The notes: generated by a model from the letters alone, not told the origin. Shown: positions 1 through 9,505, counted from the stretch's first letter. The stretch: 64,000 bases of DNA from an uncultured Fimbriimonadaceae bacterium (GCA_964405335.1 CAYONP010000009.1:12074-76073), one strand, 5' to 3'. Program-made: numbers and translations.

Positions 1-410
1 CCAAGACGAGCGGCCAGACGGCCGACGTCGGGTTCGACGGCGGCGCCGGGCTGTTCAGCATCCTGCCGGGCTTCTCGCTCGGCTACGAGGGCTCGCAGAA
101 CGGCAGCACCAACGACACCAGCGACTTCCAAGTCTCGACCACCTTCACCGTGGTGGTCCGCGACGTGGCGCCGAACGGCAACCTGCTGGTCGAGGGCGAG
201 CAGGTGGTCAACCTCGACGGCCGGCCGCAGTGGGTCAAGCTCAGCGGCGAGGTCCGCCCGTACGATGTGACCCGCGACAACACCGTGCCGTCGACCAAGG
301 TGGCCAACGTCAACATCGAGTTCCAGGGTACCCGCAGCCGCGCCAACCGGCCGGGTTTCTTCGAGCGCGTGGCCCACGCGATCGAAGGCCTGTTCGGGAT
401 CTTCTTCTAG
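1..410 (+). CDS. flgH: Flagellar L-ring protein FlgH, 5'-truncated by window edge
   Basis: In-frame translation from base 3 (KTSGQTADVGFDGGAGLFSILPGFSLGYEG...TVVVRDVAPNGNLLVEGEQVVNLDGRPQWVKLSGEVRP) matches the FlgH C-terminal region; stop TAG at 408-410; directly upstream of flgI. Confidence 0.8.
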   Translation, partial: KTSGQTADVGFDGGAGLFSILPGFSLGYEGSQNGSTNDTSDFQVSTTFTVVVRDVAPNGNLLVEGEQVVNLDGRPQWVKLSGEVRPYDVTRDNTVPSTKVANVNIEFQGTRSRANRPGFFERVAHAIEGLFGIFF

Positions 411-419
411 GAGCCAGCG

Positions 420-1520
420 ATGCGCACCATCCTGATCATCCTGCTCACCGCCCTACCGGCGACGGCGCAGCTCGAGGTGCCGATCCGCGACCTGGTCCGG
501 GTCGACAACGGGCCGGCCAACCATATCTTCGGCTACGGGCTGGTGATCGGCCTGCAAGGCACCGGCGACAGCCGGCAGGCGCTCTTCTCGAGCCAGTCGG
601 TGGGCAGCATGTTGCGCCGGCTCGGAATCGAGATCGGCGACGCCAACCTGCAGGCCCGCAACGTGGCCGCGGTGATGTGTACCGCCACGCTCGATCCGTT
701 CACCCGCGCCGGCGACAGCCTCGACGTGACCGTTTCGGCCATCGGCGACGCGCGCAGCCTGCAGGGCGGAATCCTGCTACAGACCCCGCTGCAGGACGCC
801 GGCGGCGCGGTGCGCGGCATGGCCCAGGGCGCGGTCAGCATCGGCGGCTTCATCGTCACCGGCGGCGGCGGCAACGGCGCGCAGAAGAACCACCCCACCG
901 TCGGCCGCGTGCCGGCCGGCATGGTGCTGACCAGCAATACCGAGGGCGTGGTCGCGCCGGGAGGGATCGTCTCGCTGCGGCTGATGAACCCCGACTACAC
1001 CACCGCCGTCCGCATCGCCGACGCGATTCGCGCCGCCTTCAGGGGCGTGCCGGTGCAGGCGATGGATCCGGGCCGGGTGACCATCCGCGTGCCGGACGAG
1101 TATCTCGGCCGCGAGCCGCTGTTCATCGCGCAGATCGAGATCTTGCGGGTGCAGCCCGAGAGCCGCGCGCGGGTGGTGATCAACGAGCGCACCGGCACCG
1201 TCGTGGTCGGCGGCGCGGTACGCCTGCTGCCGGTGGCGATCACCCACGGCGCATTGAAGATCGACGTGCAGGCGATTCCGCTGGTCAGCCAGCCGGCGCC
1301 GTTCACCCGCACCGACGGCGCGCGCACGGTGGTGGTGCCCGACATCATCCTCAACGTCGAGGAAGAGCCGGTGCCGCTGGCGGTGCTCGACGCCGGCCAG
1401 TCGATCAACGACCTGGTCCGCGTGCTAAACGCGCTGGAGGTGACGCCGCGCGACCTGATCGCCATCTTCCAGGCGCTGTCGCAGCAGGGCGCGCTGCTGG
1501 CCGAGCTGGAGATCATGTGA
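420..1520 (+). CDS. flgI: Flagellar P-ring protein FlgI
   Basis: 366 aa, N-terminal signal peptide, conserved FlgI blocks (FGYGLVIGLQGTGDS, NVAAVMCTATL); ATG at 420. Confidence 0.9.
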   Translation: MRTILIILLTALPATAQLEVPIRDLVRVDNGPANHIFGYGLVIGLQGTGDSRQALFSSQSVGSMLRRLGIEIGDANLQARNVAAVMCTATLDPFTRAGDSLDVTVSAIGDARSLQGGILLQTPLQDAGGAVRGMAQGAVSIGGFIVTGGGGNGAQKNHPTVGRVPAGMVLTSNTEGVVAPGGIVSLRLMNPDYTTAVRIADAIRAAFRGVPVQAMDPGRVTIRVPDEYLGREPLFIAQIEILRVQPESRARVVINERTGTVVVGGAVRLLPVAITHGALKIDVQAIPLVSQPAPFTRTDGARTVVVPDIILNVEEEPVPLAVLDAGQSINDLVRVLNALEVTPRDLIAIFQALSQQGALLAELEIM

Positions 1521-1828
1521 TGGCAGTCGGCCGGGTAGCGGTGATTCAGCGGCCCGAGACGCCCGAGCAGCGCAAGCTGTGGGAGCAGTGCTGCGCGGTC
1601 GAGGGCATGTTTCTGCAGCAGATGCTGACCGCCATGCGGCGGACGGCGCCCGACCAGGACGGCCTGTTCGGCGGCGGCGTGGGCCTGAAGATGACCCGCG
1701 ACATGATGGATGAGCAGCTTGCCGAGGTGCTGGCCAAGCGCGGCTCGGCCGGCGTGGCGGGGTTGCTCTACCGCGGCCTGGTGCCGGGCGGGGCGGGCCC
1801 GCCGGCGGGAGACGGCGATGCGGATTGA
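1520..1828 (+). CDS. Rod-binding protein (FlgJ N-terminal domain only, no muramidase domain)
   Basis: ATG at 1520 overlaps the flgI stop (ATGA). 102 aa: MAVGRVAVIQRPETPEQRKLWEQCCAVEGMFLQQMLTAMRRTAPDQDGLFGGG..., typical Rod_binding/FlgJ N-domain. Lies inside the longer spurious ORF 230..1828 (same frame). Confidence 0.7.
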   Translation: MAVGRVAVIQRPETPEQRKLWEQCCAVEGMFLQQMLTAMRRTAPDQDGLFGGGVGLKMTRDMMDEQLAEVLAKRGSAGVAGLLYRGLVPGGAGPPAGDGDAD

Positions 1829-2252
1829 CCGCCTGTTCGGGCTGCCCACGGCTAAAGTTGGCCACTCCGCGGCCGATGAGACCCATGACGGTACACAGAC
1901 ACGCGGCACCGCCGAGTCTGGGGGTGACCGCGAGGAGGCTGGTGACATGCGTATCCCACCAGAGACGATCCGCAGCCTGGTGGGCCTGCACGCACATCGG
2001 GTGAGCAAGACGGGGGCGGTCGGCGCCAATGGCAAGGTGTCGGCCCCGCGGCGGCTGCTCTCGGCCGACGCGGTCAGCCTGTCCGACGAAGCTTCATTGC
2101 TCAACGCGCTCAAGCAGGGCGTGAAGGCAATGCCCGATGTCGACGAGCAAAAGGTCCAAGCGGTGCGCGACGAGCTGGCCGGCGGCCGGTTCGAGATCAA
2201 CCCGCGCCAGGTTGCCGCCAGCGCCGTGCTCGAGATCGTCGGAGAGTGGTGA
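1818..2252 (+). CDS. flgM: Anti-sigma-28 factor FlgM
   Basis: C-terminal VDEQKVQAVRDELAGGRFEINPRQVAASAVLEI matches the FlgM domain. ATG at 1818 is in frame with ORF 1710..2252; alternative start at about 1947 (MRIPPE) not excluded. Confidence 0.6.
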   Translation: MRIDRLFGLPTAKVGHSAADETHDGTQTRGTAESGGDREEAGDMRIPPETIRSLVGLHAHRVSKTGAVGANGKVSAPRRLLSADAVSLSDEASLLNALKQGVKAMPDVDEQKVQAVRDELAGGRFEINPRQVAASAVLEIVGEW

Positions 2253-2561
2253 GTGAACGGCGAGCGTGTCGAGGCTCTGACCATGTTGGTCGACCTGCTC
2301 GGGGAGCAGCGCCGGGCGATCCTGGCGCGTGACCCCGATGCGCTGGTCAACACCCTGCGGGGCGTGGCCGGCGCCAGCGCCAAGGTGACGCAGTGCCTCG
2401 ACACGCCGCCCTGCCCGCGTGAGCGCGCTCTGCTGGCGGTCATGCGGCGCCTCAACGAGGGCAACCGCCGGCTGCTCGAACTGACCGTGCAGCCGCTCCA
2501 CGAATTGGCCGACCTGGCCCACCGCCACGGCGTCGCCGCGGCGATTGACCAGGTCGCCTGA
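2253..2561 (+). CDS. flgN: Putative FlgN-like flagellar export chaperone
   Basis: 102-aa helical protein (GTG start) immediately between flgM and flgK, the canonical FlgN position; weak sequence resemblance (LLGEQRRAILARDPDAL). Confidence 0.45.
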   Translation: MNGERVEALTMLVDLLGEQRRAILARDPDALVNTLRGVAGASAKVTQCLDTPPCPRERALLAVMRRLNEGNRRLLELTVQPLHELADLAHRHGVAAAIDQVA

Positions 2562-2570
2562 GGTGAGCTG

Positions 2571-3917
2571 ATGCCCGCCGCGCTCGATATCGGCCTGTCC
2601 GGACTGCGCGCCGCGCAGGCCTCACTCGATGTCGCCGCGCACAACATCGCCAACGCCGGCGTCGAGGGCTACACGCGGCAGCGAGCCAAGCTGGTCGCCC
2701 GCGAGGCCCACGCCCGCTACGGCGCGCCGGCGCTGCTCGACGGCGGCGTGGTGGTCGAGGGCATCGAGCGGATCAGCGACCGCTGGATCGCCCGCCACCT
2801 GCGCACCCAGCTCAGCGATCAGGCTTACCAGCACCAACTGCTCGGCCGCCTCGGCTCGCTCGAAGCCGCGCTCAACGACACCGACGACGCCGGCATCGGC
2901 GCGGCGTTCAACACCTTCTTCGCCTCGCTGAGCGACCTCAGCGACAACCCCGAGAACTACGGCGTGCGGGTGACCGTGCTGTCGAGTGCCAAGATCCTGG
3001 CCAGCCGCATCCAGTCGGCCAACTCGCGCATCGAGGTGCTCCAAATCGAGAACCGCAAGGAACTCGAAGCCGCGGTCGATGGGCTCAACCGCGACCTGGG
3101 AAAGATCGGCGACCTCAACCAGCGGATCTCGTTCGGCATGGCCGCCGGCGACAACGTCAGCGACCTGCAGGACGAGCGCGACCGACTGCTCTCCAGCGTG
3201 GCCGAGCGGGTCGGCGGGCAGATCACCCTCACCGGCGACGAGAAGTTGGCCAGTATCACCGTCGGCGGGACGACCTTGCTGCTCGGCCGCGACCCGGTCG
3301 AGCTGGGGGTCAACGCCGGCGGGGTGTTTGTTCAGTCGACCGGCTCGCCGGTCAACATCCAGGCCGGCAGCGTCGCCGCGATGCTCGAGCTACGCGACAC
3401 CATCCTGCCGCAGTACTCCGCCGACCTCGACACGCTAGCGGCGGCGGTGATCACCGATTTCAACGCCGTCCACGCCGCCGGCTTCGGCACCAACGGGGCG
3501 ACCGGCCTGGACCTCTTCGGCGGCAGCGACGCGGGCGATATCGCCGTTTCGCTGACCAATCCGGCCGACCTGGCCGCCTCGGCCACCGGCGCGCCGGGCG
3601 ACCATGACAACGCCCGCGCCCTGCTCGGCCTGCGTGACAATCCGACGCTCGGCACGGGCGGCACACTGACCTTCGAGGAGTGGTACCAGGAGATCGTCGG
3701 CGGGCTGGCCGGCGAGGTCTCGGCCGCGCGCTCGCTGGCCAACGGGCTCGATATCCTGGTCGACAACCTGAAGAACAACCGCGAGGCGGTGCACGGCGTT
3801 TCGCTGGACGAGGAGATGACCGACCTGATCCGCTTCCAGCAGGCCTACAGCGCCGCGGCGCGGGTGATCCAGGTGGTCGATGAGTTGATGCAGTCGGTGC
3901 TCGCCATCGGGCGGTAG
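2571..3917 (+). CDS. flgK: Flagellar hook-associated protein 1 FlgK
   Basis: 448 aa; N-terminal SGLRAAQASLDVAAHNIANAGVEGYTRQRA and C-terminal LDEEMTDLIRFQQAYSAAARVIQVVDELM are FlgK/flagellin-superfamily blocks. Confidence 0.9.
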   Translation: MPAALDIGLSGLRAAQASLDVAAHNIANAGVEGYTRQRAKLVAREAHARYGAPALLDGGVVVEGIERISDRWIARHLRTQLSDQAYQHQLLGRLGSLEAALNDTDDAGIGAAFNTFFASLSDLSDNPENYGVRVTVLSSAKILASRIQSANSRIEVLQIENRKELEAAVDGLNRDLGKIGDLNQRISFGMAAGDNVSDLQDERDRLLSSVAERVGGQITLTGDEKLASITVGGTTLLLGRDPVELGVNAGGVFVQSTGSPVNIQAGSVAAMLELRDTILPQYSADLDTLAAAVITDFNAVHAAGFGTNGATGLDLFGGSDAGDIAVSLTNPADLAASATGAPGDHDNARALLGLRDNPTLGTGGTLTFEEWYQEIVGGLAGEVSAARSLANGLDILVDNLKNNREAVHGVSLDEEMTDLIRFQQAYSAAARVIQVVDELMQSVLAIGR

Positions 3918-3926
3918 GAGCCGGAT

Positions 3927-4823
3927 GTGCGGATCAACAACAACATGATGTTCCGCTCCTCGCTGGCGGATCTCAACCGCATCGCCGAGGAGACCGCGAC
4001 GCTGCTGCGCCAGTCCGGCACCGGCCGGCGGCTGCACCGCGCCTCGGACGATCCTGAGGCGGCGCTGCGCGCGATGCGGCTGCGGACCGACATCGCCGAG
4101 CAGGAGTCGCTGCGCCAGAGCATCGACCTCGGCCTGAGCGACCTGACCGCCACCGAGCTGGCTCTCGACGACGCCACCAGCGTGCTGCAGCGCGCCCGCG
4201 AGCTGGGCATCCAGAGCGCCACCGGCACGCTCTCGAACCAGGACCGGCAGGCCATCGGCGCCGAGCTCGACCAGCTCCTGCTCAATCTGGTCAGCATCGG
4301 CAATCGCAAGGTGCAGGACCGCTACCTGTTCGGCGGCACGCTGACCACCACGCAGCCGTTCACCACCACGGGCGACCCGCCGACGGCGGTGACTTACAAC
4401 GGTAACGACGGCACGCGGAACATCCACCCGGCGGCCGGCGTGCAGTTCGCGGTCAACATCCCCGGCGACGAGGCCTTTCAAACCGGCACCGACGTGTTTG
4501 ACGCGATGATTCAGCTCCGCGACGCGGTGCTCTCCGGCGACACCGCGGCGCTGGCCGGCGCCGTCGGCCAGTCGGTCGATGACGCACTGAGCAAGGTGGT
4601 CAACACGCGCACCGCCGTCGGCGCGATCCAGGCCGGGCTCGAGCAGGCCGCGGCCTCGCTCGACAGCATCAAGCTCCAGTCGCAGTCCGACCTGAGCGAA
4701 GCCGAGGATGCCGACCTGATCGACGTGCTGACCCAGCTCCAGAACCTCGAGACCCGCCGTACCGCGATGCTGCAGACCACGGCACGGGTCATTCAGCCGA
4801 CGCTGATGGACTACCTCGCCTAG
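3927..4823 (+). CDS. flgL: Flagellar hook-associated protein 3 FlgL
   Basis: 298 aa, GTG start; MRINNNMMFRSSLADLNR... and C-terminal flagellin-like helices; follows flgK. Confidence 0.85.
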   Translation: MRINNNMMFRSSLADLNRIAEETATLLRQSGTGRRLHRASDDPEAALRAMRLRTDIAEQESLRQSIDLGLSDLTATELALDDATSVLQRARELGIQSATGTLSNQDRQAIGAELDQLLLNLVSIGNRKVQDRYLFGGTLTTTQPFTTTGDPPTAVTYNGNDGTRNIHPAAGVQFAVNIPGDEAFQTGTDVFDAMIQLRDAVLSGDTAALAGAVGQSVDDALSKVVNTRTAVGAIQAGLEQAAASLDSIKLQSQSDLSEAEDADLIDVLTQLQNLETRRTAMLQTTARVIQPTLMDYLA

Positions 4824-4825
4824 CC

Positions 4826-5965
4826 ATGGGATGGGAGCCGTTGAAGCCATCGCCCTCCCCGCGCGAGCTGGCCGACCTGATCACCACCGAGCTGGGCCGC
4901 TGTCGCGAGCTGTTGCTCCGCGACGCGGCCGGCCGCCGGCAGCGCCTGTTCGGCCACCTGGTCGGCGCCGGGCGCGCCGTGCTCGAGACCACCGCCGCGC
5001 ACGGCGAGCCGGTCACCCTGACCGCCGCCTGGCTGGTGGTCCACGCCGTGGTCACCCACAACTCCGGCCGGGCCGACCTGGCCGCGCCGCTGGGCCGCCG
5101 GCTGCGCGAGCTGGTGCCCCTGCCCGACGAGCTGGCCGACTATCACCGCGATGAGGTGACCCGGACCTTTGCCGCCTGCCAGCTCGGCCGGGCCGCGATG
5201 ATCCTGCCCTCGCCGCTGGCCGCCGCCGACGGCACCTGGCTCAAGCTCCTGGCCGACCAGCTCAACAGCGCCCTGTGCGACCTGCCGCCAGACCTCTGGC
5301 GCGACCTGGCGCTGTCCGCCCTCCGCCCGCCCCGGCCGCACGGCGGGCTGCTCCTCGTCATCCCGCCCGACGGCGGCGAGCCGTGGGACCTGATGGCCGC
5401 CACGCCACCCGGCGCCGGCGTGATCGACGCCCGCGCCGAGCGACTCACCGAGGCCGAGCTGCTGGCCGAGGTCCACCGCCTGGCGCCTGAACAGGTGGCG
5501 ATCGACCTGCGCCGCGGCGGCGACAGCCTGGCCGACGCCATTGCCGCCCTCGTGCCGTCGGCACGGCTGATTGCCCTCGGCCGCGAGACAGCAGAGCCGC
5601 CGTTTGCCGCGGCGCTCGCCGGCCCGCCGTTCGGCGCCCTGGCCGGCTTGGCCCAACGCAGCGGCGCCGTCCCGCCACTGCCCTACCCCGCCCTGGGCGA
5701 CCTGCGCTCCTGGCCCTTGTCCTGCTATGACGGCGAGGTGATCGTCCCCGTCCGCGGGCGCGGCGGAGCGCAGCTCGCCTGTGACCTGCAAGCCGCCCAC
5801 GCCGCGGCGCCGCCGGCCCGGCTGCGTCTGGCCGCCGGCGCAAGCGATGAGCAGTTGGACGAGCTGGCCGCCGCGATGCCGCTCCCGGCGCCGGTGCAAT
5901 GGTCGACCGTCGACCCGCCGTCGGGCGACCGGGCCGCGCTGCGCCGCGCGGGGTGGAGCGCCTGA
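4826..5965 (+). CDS. Hypothetical protein (379 aa), last gene of the flgK-flgL transcription unit
   Basis: ATG 3 bp after the flgL stop, same strand; opposite-strand alternative (4820..5899) is Arg/Gly-rich frame noise. No recognisable domain. Confidence 0.4.
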   Translation: MGWEPLKPSPSPRELADLITTELGRCRELLLRDAAGRRQRLFGHLVGAGRAVLETTAAHGEPVTLTAAWLVVHAVVTHNSGRADLAAPLGRRLRELVPLPDELADYHRDEVTRTFAACQLGRAAMILPSPLAAADGTWLKLLADQLNSALCDLPPDLWRDLALSALRPPRPHGGLLLVIPPDGGEPWDLMAATPPGAGVIDARAERLTEAELLAEVHRLAPEQVAIDLRRGGDSLADAIAALVPSARLIALGRETAEPPFAAALAGPPFGALAGLAQRSGAVPPLPYPALGDLRSWPLSCYDGEVIVPVRGRGGAQLACDLQAAHAAAPPARLRLAAGASDEQLDELAAAMPLPAPVQWSTVDPPSGDRAALRRAGWSA

Positions 5966-5977
5966 CCCTCCCGCGCC

Positions 5978-5998
5978 GGCCGGCTCGGCGAGCCGGCC
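5978..5998. terminator. 21-bp perfect palindrome (GGCCGGCTCG-G-CGAGCCGGCC) between convergent genes
   Basis: Seen in sequence between the 4826..5965 ORF (+) and purB (-) stops; likely bidirectional terminator hairpin. Confidence 0.4.
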
Positions 5999-6034
5999 CT
6001 ACCCGGCGCGATCGACGTCTCTCCGGCGCGCGTC

Positions 6035-7330
6035 CTACAGGCCGAATCTGGCGTAGACCTCGTCGAGGTGCAGCAAGTGCCGCGATGGGTCGAAGCAGGC
6101 GTCGAGCTGCTCGGGTGTCAGCGTGGCCGAGACCGTCGGGTCGGCTTCCAGCAACGCACGATACGGCCGCCGCTCGTTCCAGGCCTGCAGCGCGTACTTC
6201 TGGGCCAGGTCGTAGGCCTGCTCATAGCCCAGCCCCGCCTCGGTCAGGGCCAGCCGAACCTGTTGCGAGTGGATCACGCCCTGGGTCAGGTCGAGGTTCC
6301 GCTGCATCGCCTCGGTGTTGACCACCATGCCGGCGACGATGCCCCGGAAGCGGTGGAGCATCCAGTCGACCAGCAGGAACGCATCGGGCAGAATGACCCG
6401 CTCGACACTCGAGTTGGCCAGGTCGCGTTCGTGCCAGGTGAGGATGTTCTCGAACGCTGGGACGAGCATGCCACGGACCACGCGGGCCAGGCCGCTGACC
6501 GTCTCACAGCGCCACGGATTGCGTTTGTGGGGCATCGCCGAGGAGCCCTTCTGCCCTGCCCGGAACGGCTCGGAGAGCTCGAAGATCTCGGTCCGGGCCA
6601 GGTTGCGCACCTCGGTCGCCATGCGCTCGAGCTGACCGGCAATCAGGGCCAGAAGCGAAACCACCTCGGCCTGCCGGTCACGGCTGACAATCTGAGTGGC
6701 GATGCGGGCCGGCTGAAGGCCGAGCCGCGCGCAGACGAGCTGCTCGACCCGTGGATCGACATTGGCATAGGTCCCCACGGCGCCGGAGATTTTGCCCACC
6801 GCCACCCGCGGCACGGCCTGGTCGATCCGCTCCAGGCTTCGGTCGAGGTCGTCGATCCAGACACACAGCTTCAGCGCCAGGGTGATCGGCTCGGCGTGGA
6901 TCCCGTGCGTGCGGCCCATCATCACGGTCGACTTGTGCTCGCCAGCCCGCGCGCGGATGGCCTCGCGAAGCTCGACGGTGCCCTCGCGAATCAGCTTCAG
7001 CGCGTCGCGCAGCCTCATGCCCAGAGCCGTGTCTTCGATGTCGTAGCTGGTCACCCCGAAGTGCACGTGCCGGCCCTCGTCACCAAGCTGCTCGGTGACC
7101 GACTGAACGAAGGCGATCAAGTCGTGGTCGACCGTCGCCTCAATCTCGCGGATCCGGTCGGGGTCGATCCTGATCGACTGCGCCTCAATCCGCGCCACCT
7201 CGTCGGCCGGCAGGACCCCCATCTCGGCCCAGGCGGCGGCCACTGCCAGCTCGACCTCGAGCCAGGCGGTGAACTTGGCATGCTCGTCCCACAGCGCTGT
7301 CATCTCGGGCCGGCAATAGCGTTCGATCAT
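6035..7330 (-). CDS. purB: Adenylosuccinate lyase PurB
   Basis: MIERYCRPEMTALWDEHAKF... through fumarate-lyase signature GSSAMPHKRNP; start ATG (complement of 7328-7330) overlaps the purE stop (ATGA). The track ORF 6035..7750 extends upstream as a frame artefact. Confidence 0.9.
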   Translation of the reverse strand: MIERYCRPEMTALWDEHAKFTAWLEVELAVAAAWAEMGVLPADEVARIEAQSIRIDPDRIREIEATVDHDLIAFVQSVTEQLGDEGRHVHFGVTSYDIEDTALGMRLRDALKLIREGTVELREAIRARAGEHKSTVMMGRTHGIHAEPITLALKLCVWIDDLDRSLERIDQAVPRVAVGKISGAVGTYANVDPRVEQLVCARLGLQPARIATQIVSRDRQAEVVSLLALIAGQLERMATEVRNLARTEIFELSEPFRAGQKGSSAMPHKRNPWRCETVSGLARVVRGMLVPAFENILTWHERDLANSSVERVILPDAFLLVDWMLHRFRGIVAGMVVNTEAMQRNLDLTQGVIHSQQVRLALTEAGLGYEQAYDLAQKYALQAWNERRPYRALLEADPTVSATLTPEQLDACFDPSRHLLHLDEVYARFGL

Positions 7331-7845
7331 CCTCCACCCTCCCGCAGCCGCGCCGCCGCCTCGGCCACGCGCCGGTCCTTGTCGGCGTTCTGCGCGCGCA
7401 GTTCGACTTTGTGGGCGGCCAGCCGCTCGGCCAGGTCGGCATCGGCCAGGGCCAGCATCTGCGCGGCCAGTAGGCCGGCGTTCTGCCCCGCATCGATGCC
7501 AACGGTGGCCACCGGCACGCCGGGCGGCATCTGCACAATCGAATAGAGCGAGTCGGCCCCGGCCAGCGCCCAACCGGTGCACGGCACGCCGATCACCGGC
7601 CGCGCGGTGAGCGACGCGACCACGCCGGGCAGGTGCGCCGCCCCGCCGGCGCCGCAGACAAACAGCCGCACGCCGCGCGCCTCGGCGTCGGCGACGTAGG
7701 CGTGCAGCCCGCCCGGGTCGCGGTGGGCCGAGATGCAGCGCATCTCCCACTCGACCCCAAGCGCCCCAAGCGCGCGCGCGGCCTTTTCCATCACACCAAG
7801 GTCGCTATCGCTACCCATGAGAATGGCGACGAGGGGTTCGGGCAT
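7327..7845 (-). CDS. purE: N5-carboxyaminoimidazole ribonucleotide mutase PurE
   Basis: 172 aa, VAILMGSDSDLGVMEKAARALGALGV... classic PurE. Confidence 0.9.
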   Translation of the reverse strand: MPEPLVAILMGSDSDLGVMEKAARALGALGVEWEMRCISAHRDPGGLHAYVADAEARGVRLFVCGAGGAAHLPGVVASLTARPVIGVPCTGWALAGADSLYSIVQMPPGVPVATVGIDAGQNAGLLAAQMLALADADLAERLAAHKVELRAQNADKDRRVAEAAARLREGGG

Positions 7846-7911
7846 GGCGGTGATCCTGACCAGCAGAGGATAGCCGACGATGGGCTTGGGGGGAAGCGGG
7901 CGGCGGCAAAC

Positions 7912-7948
7912 ACCACCGCCCCCGGCCCGTTGGACCGGGGGCGGTGGT
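7912..7948. terminator. GC hairpin (14-bp stem ACCACCGCCCCCGG / CCGGGGGCGGTGGT, 9-nt loop)
   Basis: Located just downstream of the 7974 lipoprotein stop (minus strand) and upstream of purE. Confidence 0.35.
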
Positions 7949-7973
7949 CCTGCGCCTCGCGACGAACATGGCG

Positions 7974-9287
7974 TTACGAGCCCGGCGTGAGGATGACCAG
8001 CTCGCTGGTGCCGTCGCCCGCGTATCCGGTGGCGACGATCCAGCCGGCCGAGTTGATGGAGCTAAGCCCGAGCGACGCCCACGCATCGCCGCCGCTCAAG
8101 ACGTCCTCAACGAACGTGATGCTGACGCTCTGAGGATCGCCCCAGTCCGTCGCCTCGGCGACGAAGTTGCCGTCCCACGCGCTCGTTCCGACGCCATACT
8201 TTCCGAGCATCTTGCCGTCGCTGCTCACCGACCAGACCAGCGACTGGCCGAGGGCGACGCCACGAGCGGCCTCGATCACGGCGTGAAGGTCCAGCGGCGT
8301 CTCGTCGTCGAGCCGATTGTCGCCGTCGCTGTCGCTCCACACCGCCGCGCGCGGTGGCACGAGGTAACCGTAGATCCGATAGACCTGACCGCCCGCGACC
8401 AGCGCGCCGCCACCAAGGACGTCGGTCAGGCCAGCCAACCGGACCTCGGTGCGGTCGCCGACTCCGGGGATGGTCTGAACCACTCCGGTGCCGGTGTTCG
8501 GCGTGTTCGGTACGAAGAGCGACGAACGATAGCACTGCATACCGTAGTCGTTGACCGGAACCACGTACGCACGAAACGCCTCGATCCCGGTGACCGACGC
8601 GGTGCTTCCGAGCCACAGCGCGGAGGATGCTCCAATGACCCCCGAGACCGTGCCGCTGGCGTTGATCCCCATGGCGGTGGAGTTGGTGGGCGACAGGTCG
8701 ACGCGGGAGCCCGACAACGGCCAGACCGTCGCGCGCTGCGTCGAGCTTGCGTGCGGCGCCGGGATCGTCGCCCACCCGACTGTCGTGCCGTCGGGTCGAA
8801 CGGCCGTGGCGACTGATCTGAAGGCCTGCTTCGGGACAGACAGGGCGACGAGCGTGCCAGGCCGGCCATCGATATCGTTGCCGCCCGTGTCGACGCGATC
8901 GAACGGCTCCCAGCGGCACGGCCGGCTATCGCTCGTGGAGGTCTCGAGATAGGCTGCGGCAAGGTAGCCGCCCGGCGCGCCACTCGCCGGATCGCTCAAG
9001 CAGTTCTGAGCTTCGCCGTGGTAGCCGCTGCCGTATGTCCGGTACCCGAGGTTGCCCAGGCCGGTCGCGGTGTAGCCCGAGCCGCTGGGCGGGATCCAGG
9101 CAACGGGCGTTCCACCACCGCCCCCGCCGCCGCCGCCGCCGCCGCCCGGCTTGGCGCGGTCGGCCGCCGCCGAGAGGTCGTCATCGACCAACTGGCCGCC
9201 GCCCCCGCCCCCGCAGCCGGCGACAACGAAGCAGAACGTCAGCACCAGGCCCGTCAGAGCGAGCCGGTTCAGGTCGTGTCGTCGCAT
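7974..9287 (-). CDS. HAF-repeat family lipoprotein (copy A)
   Basis: Start ATG at 9287 (in frame with track ORF 7974..9539); MRRHDLNRLALTGLVLTFCFVVAGC lipobox, poly-Gly linker, repeated A.GIN.SG.V.G HAF-type motifs (AMGINASGTVSGVIG, LSSINSAGWIVATGY). Confidence 0.75.
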   Translation of the reverse strand: MRRHDLNRLALTGLVLTFCFVVAGCGGGGGGQLVDDDLSAAADRAKPGGGGGGGGGGGGTPVAWIPPSGSGYTATGLGNLGYRTYGSGYHGEAQNCLSDPASGAPGGYLAAAYLETSTSDSRPCRWEPFDRVDTGGNDIDGRPGTLVALSVPKQAFRSVATAVRPDGTTVGWATIPAPHASSTQRATVWPLSGSRVDLSPTNSTAMGINASGTVSGVIGASSALWLGSTASVTGIEAFRAYVVPVNDYGMQCYRSSLFVPNTPNTGTGVVQTIPGVGDRTEVRLAGLTDVLGGGALVAGGQVYRIYGYLVPPRAAVWSDSDGDNRLDDETPLDLHAVIEAARGVALGQSLVWSVSSDGKMLGKYGVGTSAWDGNFVAEATDWGDPQSVSITFVEDVLSGGDAWASLGLSSINSAGWIVATGYAGDGTSELVILTPGS

Positions 9288-9390
9288 CGTCTTCTCCTTC
9301 GCCCACCGCGGCCACGTGGCCGCCGGCGCTAAATCGGATATGTAGCTCCGAACTCTGTGCGAAGTCTTTGCCGACGGTGCGAGGCAACGG
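9288..9390 (-). promoter_or_regulatory. Leader/promoter region of lipoprotein copy A; duplicated at 10789..10890
   Basis: About 100 bp about 90% identical to the region upstream of copy B. Contains a 14-bp perfect palindrome CGGCCACGTGGCCG (9309-9322), an AT-rich box (GGATATGTAG) unusual for this GC content and a GGGAGAAG Shine-Dalgarno-like motif before the ATG. Confidence 0.5.
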
Positions 9391-9505
9391 CGGCATCGCC
9401 ATGAGTCAGATGGCGCTTGTGGAAGCTCCGCATCAGCCTCGGCGTCGCCTCGTCCGAGACCTTCCACAGGCTCATCAACAGGCTCCTCACCCTCCCCCGG
9501 AGGCG

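Noticed and set aside
230-1828. 532-aa ORF overlapping flgI in another frame
   Set aside because: Arg/Pro/Gly-rich low-complexity translation typical of off-frame reading in high-GC DNA. Only its last 102 codons (from ATG 1520) correspond to the real rod-binding protein; flgI occupies 420..1520 with strong homology.
995-4850. Long minus-strand ORFs (995..2653, 3435..4850) antisense to flgI/flgK/flgL
   Set aside because: Antisense to genes with unambiguous flagellar homology; composition is Ser/Arg/Ala-rich noise.
6068-7546. 492-aa plus-strand ORF antisense to purB
   Set aside because: Antisense to a well-conserved purB; no domain features.
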